This document shows, in pieces, positions 35,601 through 45,576 of a DNA stretch of 64,000 nucleotides; within the stretch, counting starts at the first letter, position 1; each line of letters starts with the position of its first letter. Both the position numbers and the translations under genes were made by a program. Origin of the DNA: Escherichia coli. Its GTDB lineage: Bacteria > Pseudomonadota > Gammaproteobacteria > Enterobacterales > Enterobacteriaceae. The notes under the pieces were generated by a model. It was not told where the DNA came from. It did no database searches and was given only the letters and a program-made list of their open reading frames with translations. The DNA lies in the NCBI RefSeq assembly GCF_017348835.2, contig NZ_CP071375.1, one strand, 5' to 3'.

Positions 35601-37600
35601 ACCTGCAAGCCCGACACGGCTTTTTTCACGCCTTGCGCATCGCTATAAACGATGTCAAAAGCGGCGTTACTGCCTTCATCAACAATGGGCTGTTTCACCG
35701 TGCTGTCAGTGCGATAATCGTAAACCGATTTCGAGGCGAACTGCGGACGGAGCCCCGGCAATGCATCGGCAGGCCAGATAGCCTGCTCAGCGCGGCGCGT
35801 CACCGGGCGACCGCCCGATTCCAGCAAACTGCCCTGGAAAATAACCTGCAAAGGGGAATGCGTTTCCTTCCACTGGCTTTCTGTAGAAACTTCGCCGCGC
35901 CCTTTATCATCCAGCGTCAACTGAACTTCATCCAGCGTGCGGGAAAGGTTTTCGGCAGCTATATCGCCGAATTCAAAACCAGGTAAGGCTGACACAGCCT
36001 CACGCAGTGGGCGCAGGAAAAGTTGCCCTTGCAAAGTATTACCATTAGCAGGCGCACCGTACAGGTAGTATCCCACCACGGAGAATTTCACTTCATCATT
36101 CGGCGTAAGCGGGGTTTTCTCACCGGTCAGATTCAGCGCCATACGCTCTGGCATAAAATCTTCGACGTGGAAATCCCACATCCGATACTGGTTATCGCCC
36201 GTGTTAGCACGAATATGCCACATACCGGTTGCCGCATTGCTATCGAGTGGCCAGGTAAAGTGGTAGAGGCCATTTTCCGGCTGACTAACGACGCTCCTGA
36301 GTACCTGCCCATCGGGTTTAATCACGTCTAACTTGATGGGTTGATTGGGCAACGCTTTACCGTCTGCATCACGCAGCAAACCATTGAGGATGACCGTTTC
36401 TCCCGGGCGATAAAGATCGCGCGGGCCAAACATGAAAAACTGTTTGCTATAGCCTGGCGCACCTGCAATGTTAAATTCTGCTAAGTCCAGCGCCGGAAGT
36501 TTTAAATCGAGTAGCGTTGTCTGACCGTCTTTACGTGCCAGCAGTAATGCCGCATTTTTATCATTTTCCAGCTGCACATGCCCCTGAGCGTCACTGGTTG
36601 CCTGAGTCAGAGTCTGCCCTTTCTCATTTAATAAAGAGACTTCAATTCCTTGCTGGGCCGCGCCGTTTTCCAGACTTTGGGTAAAGATATCCAGACGATT
36701 GTGATAACGGTGAGCTGAAACGCCGATATCACTTAACGTAAACAGCGTCGCGGGATTACTGTAATCGTAACGTCCAGCCTGATTCATCACAGCCAGATAC
36801 ACGCCCGCCTGCTGAAGCGGTTTGATATCGCCCAGCGGCAGCAATAATTTTTCACGGGTGTTACGCGCAGGATTGAGATCAAACCGTCCGGTGTAGACCA
36901 GATCCGCCATCTGCAGCAGTTTGTCTGACTGCCAGTTCGCCAGCGAATTGCGGTATTCCCATTGGCTAATGAATGCTGGCAGAGATTCTGGCTTAACGCG
37001 GAAGAAGTTAACATCGACATTATTAACGTTGAGCGCCATTACCGGCAGCCCTTCAACGACTTTACCAGGCAGCAGCGAACCACGGCTGGCAAAACCGACG
37101 CTGGGTTGGATGTCGCGGGTAGTTATAGTTTTTTCGTAATCTTTACTGAAGGTTGCGTTGTTGAGTGCTTTGACCTCCTTGCCAATAGTAACGATCAAAT
37201 CACGTTTCGGTTCGAGGTGGCGTAAACGCAGCTCTTTAAGATTATCTGACAGCTCCCAGGCACCATCCACTTTGCCGCTTTTTTTATCGACGACATGAAT
37301 AACGCGTGAGAAATCCTGATCCGGGTCGAGAGGGATGGAGAACGTCAGCACCAGCGTGGCTGCACCATCAAGTTGGACTTCAGAGAGATCCAGCAATGTC
37401 AGCGCCTTACCGGCACTCTGTTGTGCCAGTTTTTGTCGCTCTGGCGCGGAGAGTTTTGCTGAACTCGCGTTTTCTGAAGAGGCCGCTTTAGTAACTTCAG
37501 AAGGCGCATCTTTTTTCACCGCTGTTGGCGCGTTATCGTTGTTGTCGCACCCTGCCAGCGCCAGCATTAGCATGCAGGCGGCTACGCGTAACTTTTTCAT
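32639..37600 (-). CDS. yfhM: Alpha-2-macroglobulin family lipoprotein
   Basis: 1653-aa ORF with lipobox LALAGC; operon partner of pbpC. Confidence 0.93.
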   Translation of the reverse strand: MKKLRVAACMLMLALAGCDNNDNAPTAVKKDAPSEVTKAASSENASSAKLSAPERQKLAQQSAGKALTLLDLSEVQLDGAATLVLTFSIPLDPDQDFSRVIHVVDKKSGKVDGAWELSDNLKELRLRHLEPKRDLIVTIGKEVKALNNATFSKDYEKTITTRDIQPSVGFASRGSLLPGKVVEGLPVMALNVNNVDVNFFRVKPESLPAFISQWEYRNSLANWQSDKLLQMADLVYTGRFDLNPARNTREKLLLPLGDIKPLQQAGVYLAVMNQAGRYDYSNPATLFTLSDIGVSAHRYHNRLDIFTQSLENGAAQQGIEVSLLNEKGQTLTQATSDAQGHVQLENDKNAALLLARKDGQTTLLDLKLPALDLAEFNIAGAPGYSKQFFMFGPRDLYRPGETVILNGLLRDADGKALPNQPIKLDVIKPDGQVLRSVVSQPENGLYHFTWPLDSNAATGMWHIRANTGDNQYRMWDFHVEDFMPERMALNLTGEKTPLTPNDEVKFSVVGYYLYGAPANGNTLQGQLFLRPLREAVSALPGFEFGDIAAENLSRTLDEVQLTLDDKGRGEVSTESQWKETHSPLQVIFQGSLLESGGRPVTRRAEQAIWPADALPGLRPQFASKSVYDYRTDSTVKQPIVDEGSNAAFDIVYSDAQGVKKAVSGLQVRLIRERRDYYWNWSEDEGWQSQFDQKDLIENEQTLDLKADETGKVSFPVEWGAYRLEVKAPNEAVSSVRFWAGYSWQDNSDGSGVVRPDRVTMKLDKASYRPGDTIKLHIAAPTAGKGYAMVESSEGPLWWQEIDVPAQGLDLTIPVDKTWHRHDLYLSTLVVRPGDKSRSATPKRAVGVLHLPLGDENRRLDLALETPAKMRPNQPLTVKIKASTKNGEKPKQVNVLVSAVDSGVLNITDYVTPDPWQAFFGQKRYGADIYDIYGQVIEGQGRLAALRFGGDGDELKRGGKPPVNHVNIVAQQALPVTLNEQGEGSVTLPIGDFNGELRVMAQAWTADDFGSNESKVIVAAPVIAELNMPRFMASGDTSRLTLDITNLTDKPQKLNVALTASGLLELVSDSPAAVELAPGVRTTLFIPVRALPGYGDGEIQATISGLALPGETVADQHKQWKIGVRPAFPAQTVNYGTALQPGETWAIPADGLQNFSPVTLEGQLLLSGKPPLNIARYIKELKAYPYGCLEQTASGLFPSLYTNAAQLQALGIKGDSDEKRRASVDIGISRLLQMQRDNGGFALWDKNGDEEYWLTAYVMDFLVRAGEQGYSVPTDAINRGNERLLRYLQDPGMMSIPYADNLKASKFAVQSYAALVLARQQKAPLGALREIWEHRADAASGLPLLQLGVALKTMGDATRGEEAIVLALKTPRNSDERIWLGDYGSPLRDNALMLSLLEENKLLPDEQYTLLNTLSQQAFGERWLSTQESNALFLAARTIQDLPGKWQAQTSFSTEPLTGEKAQNSNLNSDQLATLQVTNSGEQPLWLRVDASGYPQSAPLPANNVLQIERHILGTDGKSKSLDSLRSGDLVLVWLQVKASNSVPDALVVDLLPAGLELENQNLANGSASLEQSGGEVQNLLNQMQQASIKHIEFRDDRFVAAVAVDEYQPVTLVYLARAVTPGTYQVPQPMVESMYVPQWRATGAAEDLLIVRP

Positions 37601-37806
37601 TTTTCATCCCTGCCACAATGGCCCGTTAGCAACGTCGAATAATTATTATGCGTGAGAATTTACGTTATGTAATTCAGTATCACGCCCATACAATCCGAAT
37701 TTTAGTGAGAATTGTGGCTCAGACAGCCAAATCAGCCTCTTTTGCTTGTCGCTTTTCACTAAACATCCGACAATTTAGCCTAACCCCGGCAAAAATGGAG
37801 ATGCCT

Positions 37807-38652
37807 ATGTCCACGACATGGTTTGTAGGAGCCGACTGGCTCGCCGAACATATTGATGACCCGGAAATTCAGATTATCGATGCCCGCATGGCGTCGCCTG
37901 GACAGGAAGATCGTAACGTTGCTCAGGAGTATCTGAATGGACATATTCCCGGCGCAGTGTTTTTTGATATCGAAGCGCTTTCTGATCACACTTCCCCGCT
38001 TCCGCACATGCTGCCGCGCCCGGAAACGTTCGCCGTGGCGATGCGTGAATTAGGCGTTAACCAGGATAAGCACCTGATTGTCTATGACGAAGGTAATCTT
38101 TTCTCAGCCCCACGAGCATGGTGGATGCTGCGCACCTTTGGTGTAGAGAAAGTGTCGATTCTGGGGGGTGGACTTGCAGGCTGGCAGCGCGATGATCTTT
38201 TGTTAGAAGAAGGTGCAGTAGAGCTGCCGGAAGGAGAGTTTAACGCCGCGTTTAATCCTGAAGCAGTGGTGAAAGTAACCGATGTGTTATTGGCAAGCCA
38301 TGAAAATACGGCGCAAATTATTGATGCCCGCCCGGCTGCACGTTTTAACGCAGAAGTTGATGAACCTCGCCCAGGTTTACGTCGCGGACATATTCCCGGT
38401 GCATTGAACGTTCCGTGGACGGAACTGGTGCGCGAAGGCGAACTAAAAACGACCGATGAACTGGATGCGATATTTTTTGGTCGCGGCGTCAGCTACGACA
38501 AACCAATTATCGTCAGCTGCGGCTCTGGTGTAACGGCAGCCGTGGTTTTGTTAGCACTCGCGACGCTGGATGTGCCAAACGTGAAACTGTACGACGGCGC
38601 ATGGAGTGAATGGGGCGCGCGGGCAGATTTACCGGTTGAGCCAGTGAAATAA
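37807..38652 (+). CDS. sseA: 3-mercaptopyruvate sulfurtransferase (tandem rhodanese domains)
   Basis: ORF track 37648..38652; start trimmed to MSTTWFVGADWLAEH (281 aa) with GGAG Shine-Dalgarno; active-site CGSGVTA. Confidence 0.9.
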   Translation: MSTTWFVGADWLAEHIDDPEIQIIDARMASPGQEDRNVAQEYLNGHIPGAVFFDIEALSDHTSPLPHMLPRPETFAVAMRELGVNQDKHLIVYDEGNLFSAPRAWWMLRTFGVEKVSILGGGLAGWQRDDLLLEEGAVELPEGEFNAAFNPEAVVKVTDVLLASHENTAQIIDARPAARFNAEVDEPRPGLRRGHIPGALNVPWTELVREGELKTTDELDAIFFGRGVSYDKPIIVSCGSGVTAAVVLLALATLDVPNVKLYDGAWSEWGARADLPVEPVK

Positions 38653-38667
38653 GTATTTTACAGGCAA

Positions 38668-38698
38668 TAAAAAACCGCCGAATTTGGCGGTTTTTTAT
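38668..38698 (+). terminator. Bidirectional rho-independent terminator after sseA
   Basis: aaaaaaccgccgaatttggcggtttttt: hairpin flanked by an A-run and a T-run, usable from either strand. Confidence 0.7.
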
Positions 38699-38994
38699 TG
38701 CTGGTCTGGTTCGCGGCCTTTCCAGCAGGTTGACTTGTGTTGCCGGAGCAACGCAGGCACCCCACAGTGTTGAAATACTCTCTTTTATGCCTGGCTGTGT
38801 CAAGATAATAAACAGAGTAATTATTCAAACATGAGAGTATTATTCTTAATGGCCCTTTTCGCCGTCTCGCAAACGGGCGATGGCTTTAGGAAAGGATGTT
38901 CCATGACCGTAAATACAGGCACCCCACAGTGCTTGCTATCGCGGCAATATCGCCAGTGGTGCTGTCGTGATGCGGTCTTCGCATGGACCGCACA

Positions 38995-39120
38995 ATGAAG
39001 ATACGGTGCTTCTGTATCGTACTTATTGTTTCTGGTGCGCTGTTAACCGAGGTAAATAATAACCTGAGTCTCTCCGGCGACAATTTACTGGTGGTTAACA
39101 ACCTTCAGAGCAGCAAGTAA
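38995..39120 (+). CDS. Small hydrophobic protein, candidate type I toxin (RyfA/TimP-like), copy 1
   Basis: 41-codon ORF MKIRCFCIVLIVSGALLTEVNNNLSLSGDNLLVVNNLQSSK followed directly by a terminator; an in-frame ATG 12 nt upstream is an alternative start. Confidence 0.45.
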   Translation: MKIRCFCIVLIVSGALLTEVNNNLSLSGDNLLVVNNLQSSK

Positions 39121-39152
39121 GCCCGAATGCCGCCCTTTGGGGCGGCATATTT
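39121..39152 (+). terminator. Rho-independent terminator of toxin transcript 1
   Basis: gcccgaatgccgccctttggggcggcat followed by attttag. Confidence 0.5.
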
Positions 39153-39156
39153 TAGA

Positions 39157-39237
39157 TTATCCGATTCTGTTTAAAGTCACGCAAAAAACCACCCCAGCGA
39201 CGTTCATAGAATGGCGCAATATGTTCGATATTAAAAT
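39157..39237 (-). pseudogene. Duplicated 3' fragment of sseB (about 26 codons)
   Basis: Minus-strand translation ...IEHIAPFYERRWGGFLRDFKQNRI* matches the SseB C-terminus; homology to 39830..39907 stops abruptly at 39237. Confidence 0.55.
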
Positions 39238-39351
39238 GACCTGGCTTATTAGTCCGAATTCAGACAAATATAAACAAATCCCGCTCAATATTAAAAATAC
39301 TAACCGGTAAAAGATATTACTTAAACATGTAAATTCACTTTCTTTAAGCAA

Positions 39352-39907
39352 CAAAAAACCGCCAAAATCAGGCGGTTATTTGTTGCCGGTTTGGTTCGCG
39401 GCCTCTCCAGCAGGTTGTATTACCGTAGTAATGCAAGCGCGTCTCAGCGGAGACAATACTCGCCAGTAACTCTCTTTTTGTCAAGTAAAAGAGAGTTATT
39501 ATTGTTCTGTTAGTGTATTATCCACTGCGGCCCTTTCCGCCGTCTCGCAAGCGGGCGCTGGCTTAAGGAAAGGATGTTCCGCGACCGTTAGAGCAAGCGC
39601 GTCTCAGCGCTTGCTATCGCGGCAATATCGCCAGTGGTGCTGTCGTGATGCGGTCTTCGCATGGACCGCACAATGAAGATACGGTGCTTCTGTATCGTAC
39701 TTATTGTTTCTGGTGCGCTGTTAACCGAGGTAAATAATAACCTGAGTCTCTCCGGAAACAATTTACTGGTGGTTAACAACCTTCAGAACAGCAGGTAAGC
39801 CCGAATGCCGCCCTTTGGGGCGGCATATTTTAGATTATCCGGTTCTGTTTAAAGTCACGCAAAAAACCACCCCAGCGACGTTCATAGAACGGCGCAATAT
39901 GTTCGGT
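39352..39907. repeat. Tandem repeat unit 2 of the ryfA-type small-toxin locus (approx. 556 bp)
   Basis: Begins with a terminator-like hairpin aaaaaaccgccaaaatcaggcgg and runs into the real sseB 3' end. Confidence 0.7.
39673..39798 (+). CDS. Small hydrophobic protein, candidate type I toxin (RyfA/TimP-like), copy 2
   Basis: 41-codon ORF MKIRCFCIVLIVSGALLTEVNNNLSLSGNNLLVVNNLQNSR; three substitutions relative to copy 1. Confidence 0.45.
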   Translation: MKIRCFCIVLIVSGALLTEVNNNLSLSGNNLLVVNNLQNSR

Positions 39908-40606
39908 AATAAAGTGGCTAATTCCTTTTTCCCCTTTTTTCACCTGACAAATATCGATTGGTTCATCGCCAGGTAATGTATCGGTCGCTACACTTCCCGC
40001 CACCTGAATAATTTCTTCGATATCACCATCGGCTTCAATGCCAATAAGTAAATTAGGCTGTGCCTCTTCATTCTCTTTAATTGAACAAATAAAAGCACGC
40101 TTCACAGGCTTAATGGTTTTAAATAAGGTGGTGAGTGAATCAATCATTTGTGCTGGCGGCTCTGCGACTTCCGATAATATCAGCGATTCACCGCCTTCCA
40201 GGATTTCCTGGCTGCTCAGCGGATTTCCCTCTTCACCAATCAACAAACTGATTTCACGCGGCATAAATTCTTTACCGGTCGGCAGTTTGGCATTAAGGAA
40301 GAGCGTTTCGCCAAGGGTCATCTCAAACAATGTGCGAACGGGCATTACGACAAATGCCTGTTCGTCTTCAACCGCCTGTTGAAGTGCTTCTAACGAGGTA
40401 AAAAAAGGAATGACGCTGGTGCCGTCTTCTTTTTCCCAGTGCTGTAAATCAAGCGCGCCATCTTCAACCACAGCCTCGCCCTGCGCCGCCGTACCAGGCA
40501 CCCAGACGGTGGATTCCAGTAGAGTACGGAAAAAGGCCGGGCGGTGCGCCGGTTCGGTTGCTGCTTTTTCCAGCAGGTCTTCAAGTTCATTTTTTGTTTC
40601 GGACAT
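39830..40606 (-). CDS. sseB: Enhanced serine sensitivity protein SseB
   Basis: ORF track 39830..40615; start trimmed to MSETKNELEDLLEKAATEPAHRPAFF (258 aa). Confidence 0.88.
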   Translation of the reverse strand: MSETKNELEDLLEKAATEPAHRPAFFRTLLESTVWVPGTAAQGEAVVEDGALDLQHWEKEDGTSVIPFFTSLEALQQAVEDEQAFVVMPVRTLFEMTLGETLFLNAKLPTGKEFMPREISLLIGEEGNPLSSQEILEGGESLILSEVAEPPAQMIDSLTTLFKTIKPVKRAFICSIKENEEAQPNLLIGIEADGDIEEIIQVAGSVATDTLPGDEPIDICQVKKGEKGISHFITEHIAPFYERRWGGFLRDFKQNRII

Positions 40607-40640
40607 AAGAACCACAATTCATTCAACGTTCGGGGCACAA

Positions 40641-40745
<105 letters not shown>

Positions 40746-40748
40746 AGT

Positions 40749-42032
40749 TTACGCCGTTAACAGATTAGCAATCGTGCGCACACCAAGTCCCGTAGCACCC
40801 GCAGACCACTGTTCAACCGGCGCTTTACGGTAAGTCGCCGAGCAGTCGATATGCAGCCAGCCTTGCTGATAGTTCTCAACAAAGTGCGACAGGAAGCCCG
40901 CCGCCGTGCTCGCGCCTGCCGGATACGCCGCGCTTCCGGTATTGTTCAGTTCGGCAAAGTTAGACGGCAGCTGGCTGCGGTGGAACTCCGCCAGCGGCAG
41001 ACGCCAGAATGGTTCGTTCTCTTGTGAGGCACTCGCCAGCAAACGACCGGCAAGCGCATCGTCAAAACTGAACAACGCGTGATAATCATTACCCAGCGCA
41101 GTTTTCGCCGCCCCGGTGAGGGTCGCCGCATCAATGATCAGTTCCGGTTTCTGCGCACTGGCATCAATCAGACCATCGGCCAGCACCAGACGCCCTTCGG
41201 CATCAGTGTTCATCACTTCAACTTTTTTACCGTTGCGATAGGTGATGATATCGCCCAGCTTGAACGCATTGCCGCTAATCAGGTTATCCGCACAGCAGAG
41301 GAACAGCTTCACGCGCTTGTTCAGTCCGCGCGTAATGGCAAATGCCAGCGCCCCGGTAACCGTTGCCGCGCCGCCCATGTCCGACTTCATCGAGTCCATA
41401 AACGCAGTCTGTTTGATGCTGTAGCCGCCGGAGTCAAAAGTGATACCTTTACCTACCAGGCACGCGTACACTGGCGCTTCTTTATCGCCAGTTGGATTGT
41501 AATCCAGCGCCAGCAATACCGGAGAACGTTCTGAACCGCGTCCGACGGTGTGCAGCCCCATATAACCTTGCTCACGCAGATCTTCGCCTTTGGTGATCCG
41601 ATAAGTCACACGATCGCCTGCGACGTTGCTGATCAGATCAACAGCACGCTGTGCCAGTTGCGATGGCCCCAGCTCTTCCGCCGGTGCGTTGATGGTGTCA
41701 CGCACCCAGTCGATGATCATCAGGCGGTTATCCAGTTCCTGGCGCTGGGCATCGTCCAGATCCGGCCACTCCACTTTACGCGTGCCTTTCGGGGCTTTGT
41801 AACCTTGCCAGAATGCCCAGCAGCGATCCGCATCCCAGCCTTCACCGCTTAACTGAACATGCTTGATGCCCAGGCCGTCAATCTTGCGCGCCGCACGCTG
41901 GATCAGCCCCAGATCGTCTGCCCCGTTCAAATGCAGGGTAATGCCGTCATTATTAATGCTGTAAGTTGCTTTTTCTCCCCAGCGCGCGTCGGCAGGTTGG
42001 GTAGAGAGGGTAATCTTCATCGCTTCTGTCAT
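40749..42032 (-). CDS. pepB: Peptidase B (M17 leucyl aminopeptidase family)
   Basis: ORF track 40749..42119; start trimmed to [22 protein letters not shown] (427 aa). Confidence 0.93.
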   Translation of the reverse strand: MTEAMKITLSTQPADARWGEKATYSINNDGITLHLNGADDLGLIQRAARKIDGLGIKHVQLSGEGWDADRCWAFWQGYKAPKGTRKVEWPDLDDAQRQELDNRLMIIDWVRDTINAPAEELGPSQLAQRAVDLISNVAGDRVTYRITKGEDLREQGYMGLHTVGRGSERSPVLLALDYNPTGDKEAPVYACLVGKGITFDSGGYSIKQTAFMDSMKSDMGGAATVTGALAFAITRGLNKRVKLFLCCADNLISGNAFKLGDIITYRNGKKVEVMNTDAEGRLVLADGLIDASAQKPELIIDAATLTGAAKTALGNDYHALFSFDDALAGRLLASASQENEPFWRLPLAEFHRSQLPSNFAELNNTGSAAYPAGASTAAGFLSHFVENYQQGWLHIDCSATYRKAPVEQWSAGATGLGVRTIANLLTA

Positions 42033-42209
42033 TTTAGTTATCCTTCTTTGTAAAAGGGCCGCCAGTTGGCAGCCCCAGGATTTTTCCGCTAAATGATTCG
42101 CGTTGCAGGAAGGCGGCAAGTGAGTGAAGCCCCAGGAGCATAGATAACTATGTGACTGGGGTGAACGAGCGCAGCCAACGCATCTGCGGCGTGAAGCATG
42201 ACGCGGAAA

Positions 42210-42410
42210 TTATTCGGCTTCGTCCAGCCAGACTAACAAAATCGCTTCGAGGATTTTCTCGTTGGATGCCTGCGGGTCGTCGTCGAAATCTTCCAGATCG
42301 CAAATCCACTGATGCATATCGGTGAATCGAACCGTTTTCGGATCAAGATCGGGATACGCATCGTACAGTGCTTCGCCAATTTCGCGGCTATCGGTCCACT
42401 TAAGTCCCAT
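42210..42410 (-). CDS. iscX: Fe-S assembly protein IscX
   Basis: 66-aa acidic [27 protein letters not shown]... Confidence 0.9.
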
Positions 42411-42421
42411 ACTAACCTCTG

Positions 42422-42757
42422 TTAATGCTCACGCGCATGGTTGATAGTGTAACGCGGGATTTCGACCACTAAATCTTCGTCGGTGACGCGCGCCTGGCAG
42501 CTTAAACGGCTTTCCGGCTCCAGTCCCCAGGCTTTGTCCAGCATGTCGTCTTCCTGCTCTGAGCTTTCCGGCAGTGAGTCAAAACCTTCACGAACGATGC
42601 AGTGGCAGGTGGTGCAAGCACAGGATTTTTCACAGGCGTGTTCAATCTCGATACCGTTACGCAGAGCTGCGTCGAGAATGGTTTCACCGCTATTAGCTTC
42701 CAGAACAGCGCCATCAGGGCAGAGATCCTGATGAGGCAAAATAACAATCTTTGGCAT
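42422..42757 (-). CDS. fdx: [2Fe-2S] ferredoxin of the isc operon
   Basis: 111-aa ORF with Cys ligands ([12 protein letters not shown] ... C). Confidence 0.93.
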
Positions 42758-42758
42758 A

Positions 42759-44609
42759 TTAAACCTCGTCCACGGAATGGCCTTTCAGCGCACGACGAAC
42801 CGACTGGTCCATGCGGCGAGCGGCGAAATCCTGGGTTTGTTTGTCTACGTTTTTAATCGCTTGTTCGATGGCGTCAACGTCATCGCCCTGCGCCACTTCA
42901 CTCAGGTGAGCGGCAGCATCGTCAATGACCTGACGTTCTGCGGCGCTTAACAGCGCGGCATCAGCAACCAGCGCGCCGTGCAGACTTTCCAGCACACGCG
43001 CCGCTTCTACTTTTTGTTCTGCCAGCATTCGGGCTTTTACGTCCTGCTCGGCATAGCTCATTGAGTCTTTGATCATCGAAGCGATTTCGCTATCGGTCAG
43101 ACCGTAAGACGGTTTGACCTGAATAGACGCCTCAACGCCGGTGGATTTCTCCATCGCCGTCACGCTCAAAAGACCGTCGGCATCGACCTGGAACGTCACG
43201 CGAATATGCGCACCGCCAGCCGGTAGCGCCGGAATACCACGCAGCGCAAAACGCGCCAGTGAGCGGCAGTCCTGCACCAGTTCGCGCTCACCCTGCATTA
43301 CATGGATAGACATCGCCGTCTGACCATCTTTAAAGGTGGTGAAATCCTGAGCGCGGGCCACCGGAATAGTGGTATTACGCGGAATCACTTTCTCCACCAG
43401 GCCGCCCATCGTTTCGAGGCCCAGCGACAGTGGGATCACATCAAGCAACAGCATTTCGCTGTCTGGCTTGTTACCCACCAGAATATCCGCCTGAATCGCC
43501 GCGCCAATAGCGACGACTTTATCCGGGTCGATGGAAGTCAGCGGTGGACGACCGAAAAATTCGCCTACCCGTTCACGCACCAGCGGCACGCGAGTAGAAC
43601 CGCCCACCATCACCACTTCCAGTACTTCGTCAGCCTCAACACCCGCATCTTTCAGCGCGCGACGACAGGCCAGTAAGGTTCGTTTTACCAGTGGCGCGAT
43701 CAGTTCATTGAATTGTTCACGGCTGATTTCGCCCTGCCAGCCCGCAACGTTAACGGTCACGGAGTCCGCATCGCTCAGCGCGATTTTGGCTGCAATGGCG
43801 GCATCCAGCAGTTCACGCTGAACGCGGTTATCGCTACGATCAGGAATGCCCGCCTGCTCGCGAATGTAATCCGCCAGCAGATGGTCGAAATCATCGCCGC
43901 CGAGCGCGGAATCACCGCCGGTTGCCAGCACTTCAAACACGCCGCGACTTAAGCGCAGAATGGAAATATCAAACGTCCCGCCACCGAGGTCATAAACGGC
44001 GATCACGCCTTCCTGACCGGAATCCAGCCCGTAGGCGATAGCCGCAGCGGTCGGTTCGTTAAGTAAGCGCAGGACGTGAAGGCCCGCCAGACGCGCCGCG
44101 TCTTTGGTGCCCTGACGCTGGGCATCGTCAAAGTACGCCGGAACGGTGATAACTACACCATCCAGCTCGCCTGCCAGGGCTTCAGTTGCCCGCGCCGCCA
44201 GTGCTTTGAGGATGTCCGCAGAAACGCGCACCGGGTTCAGCAGCCCCGCCGCCGTTTCAATCATCGGCAGGCCGTTTTCGCTGGCCTGGAATTGATAAGG
44301 CAGATGCGGATAGCGTTGCTGGATATCAGCCAGCGAGCGTCCCATCAGGCGTTTAACAGAACTAATTGTGTTGGCGGTATCGAGCGCTGCATTAGTACGC
44401 GCGTCATAACCCACCGAATGCCCTTGCTGTTGATAGTGAACAACAGATGGCAGCAGGTGACGGCCTTCATGGTCGGCTAACGTTTCGGCCTGACCGCTGC
44501 GCACTGTCGCCACCAGCGAGTTGGTTGTGCCCAGGTCAATACCGGCCGCCAGACGACGCTGATGCGGCGCAGCACTCAAACCAGGTTCACTAATTTGTAA
44601 TAAGGCCAT
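42759..44609 (-). CDS. hscA: Hsp70-type Fe-S cluster chaperone HscA
   Basis: ORF track 42759..44663; start trimmed to MALLQISEP (616 aa); Hsp70 signature IDLGTTNS. Confidence 0.93.
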   Translation of the reverse strand: MALLQISEPGLSAAPHQRRLAAGIDLGTTNSLVATVRSGQAETLADHEGRHLLPSVVHYQQQGHSVGYDARTNAALDTANTISSVKRLMGRSLADIQQRYPHLPYQFQASENGLPMIETAAGLLNPVRVSADILKALAARATEALAGELDGVVITVPAYFDDAQRQGTKDAARLAGLHVLRLLNEPTAAAIAYGLDSGQEGVIAVYDLGGGTFDISILRLSRGVFEVLATGGDSALGGDDFDHLLADYIREQAGIPDRSDNRVQRELLDAAIAAKIALSDADSVTVNVAGWQGEISREQFNELIAPLVKRTLLACRRALKDAGVEADEVLEVVMVGGSTRVPLVRERVGEFFGRPPLTSIDPDKVVAIGAAIQADILVGNKPDSEMLLLDVIPLSLGLETMGGLVEKVIPRNTTIPVARAQDFTTFKDGQTAMSIHVMQGERELVQDCRSLARFALRGIPALPAGGAHIRVTFQVDADGLLSVTAMEKSTGVEASIQVKPSYGLTDSEIASMIKDSMSYAEQDVKARMLAEQKVEAARVLESLHGALVADAALLSAAERQVIDDAAAHLSEVAQGDDVDAIEQAIKNVDKQTQDFAARRMDQSVRRALKGHSVDEV

Positions 44610-44625
44610 GTTTAGCTTCCAGAAA

Positions 44626-45141
44626 TTAAAAATCGAGCAGTTTTTCTTCGAGTTGTTCGGCACTGCTTCGCAGTTTATCGAGAAAACGCAGCTTACGCAC
44701 GGTATCCGCCGCCGCGTCCCACGTCTCGTTGTCTAACTGTTCAACCATCAACTGATGGCGGGTATCAAACATCTTTTTCACACGTTTGATAAAGCTTTCC
44801 AGCCGCGCTTCATCTTTCGCCTGTTCGATCTCGTCCAGCTCTTCGCGCAGCTCCAACTGTTCCATCAGGAACGCGGTGTCGCGCACAGTATGCTGCTCGC
44901 TGGCGAGATCAAAGCCGTGCAAAGAAAGCAAATATTCCGCGCGCATTAACGGATGACGCAGCGTTTGCCAGGCCTGGTTAATGGTTGCAGATTGCTGTAC
45001 GGCGGCGAGTTGTTCCGCCTGGCTTCCGCTGGCGAATTTATCAGGATGATACTGACGTTGTAGATCCTGAAAACGCAGGCTCAGCGCCTGGGTATCGAGT
45101 TGATAACGGGCAGGCAAGCCAAAGAGGGTGAAGTAATCCAT
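44626..45141 (-). CDS. hscB: J-domain co-chaperone HscB
   Basis: 171-aa ORF with HPD motif (QRQYHPDKF). Confidence 0.93.
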   Translation of the reverse strand: MDYFTLFGLPARYQLDTQALSLRFQDLQRQYHPDKFASGSQAEQLAAVQQSATINQAWQTLRHPLMRAEYLLSLHGFDLASEQHTVRDTAFLMEQLELREELDEIEQAKDEARLESFIKRVKKMFDTRHQLMVEQLDNETWDAAADTVRKLRFLDKLRSSAEQLEEKLLDF

Positions 45142-45236
45142 AACATTCTCAGGGCTGCGATCCGCCGCGATAACGGCGAATCAGGTAAAACAAACCCCAC
45201 ACGCAGGCGACCACGGTGGGGTTATCGGTATGCGCA

Positions 45237-45560
45237 TCAAACGTGGAAGCTTTCGCCGCAACCACACTCATCTTTAACGTTCGGGTTGGTGAATTTAAAC
45301 CCTTCGTTCAGGCCTTCTTTTACGAAGTCCAGCTGCGTACCGTCCAGAAATTGCAGGCTTTTGCCATCGACCACGACTTTCACGCCTTTGTCTTCAAACA
45401 CGATGTCTTCCGGCGTCGGTTCGTCAACAAATTCCAGTACATAAGCCATACCTGAACATCCGGAGGTTCTCACGCCCAGACGCAGGCCAAACCCTTTGCC
45501 GCGGTTAGCCAGAAAGGTATTTACTCGCGCTGCTGCACTGTCGCTCAGTGTAATCGACAT
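45237..45560 (-). CDS. iscA: Fe-S cluster insertion protein IscA
   Basis: Start trimmed to [13 protein letters not shown] (107 aa); C-terminal CGCGESF. Confidence 0.93.
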   Translation of the reverse strand: MSITLSDSAAARVNTFLANRGKGFGLRLGVRTSGCSGMAYVLEFVDEPTPEDIVFEDKGVKVVVDGKSLQFLDGTQLDFVKEGLNEGFKFTNPNVKDECGCGESFHV

Positions 45561-45576
45561 AACCAAACCTCAACTC

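Larger units (their letters stand above)
38669..39237. repeat. Tandem repeat unit 1 of the ryfA-type small-toxin locus (approx. 569 bp)
   Basis: Near-identical to 39352..39907 over the toxin ORF, its terminator and an sseB 3' fragment; diverges in two short blocks (see findings). Confidence 0.7.

Noticed and set aside
38886-39101. 71-aa and 63-aa minus-strand ORFs (38886..39101, 39588..39779) antisense to the small-toxin ORFs
   Set aside because: They overlap the better-supported plus-strand toxin frame, are not conserved in frame between the copies at their 5' ends, and resemble no known toxin or antitoxin.
39157-39354. 65-aa minus-strand ORF in the spacer of the duplication
   Set aside because: Out of frame with the sseB-like fragment it overlaps; produced by the duplication junction.
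38669-39907. Possible CRISPR array suggested by the tandem repeat
   Set aside because: Only two units of about 560 bp, no short regular repeat-spacer periodicity and no cas genes; it is a gene-level duplication.
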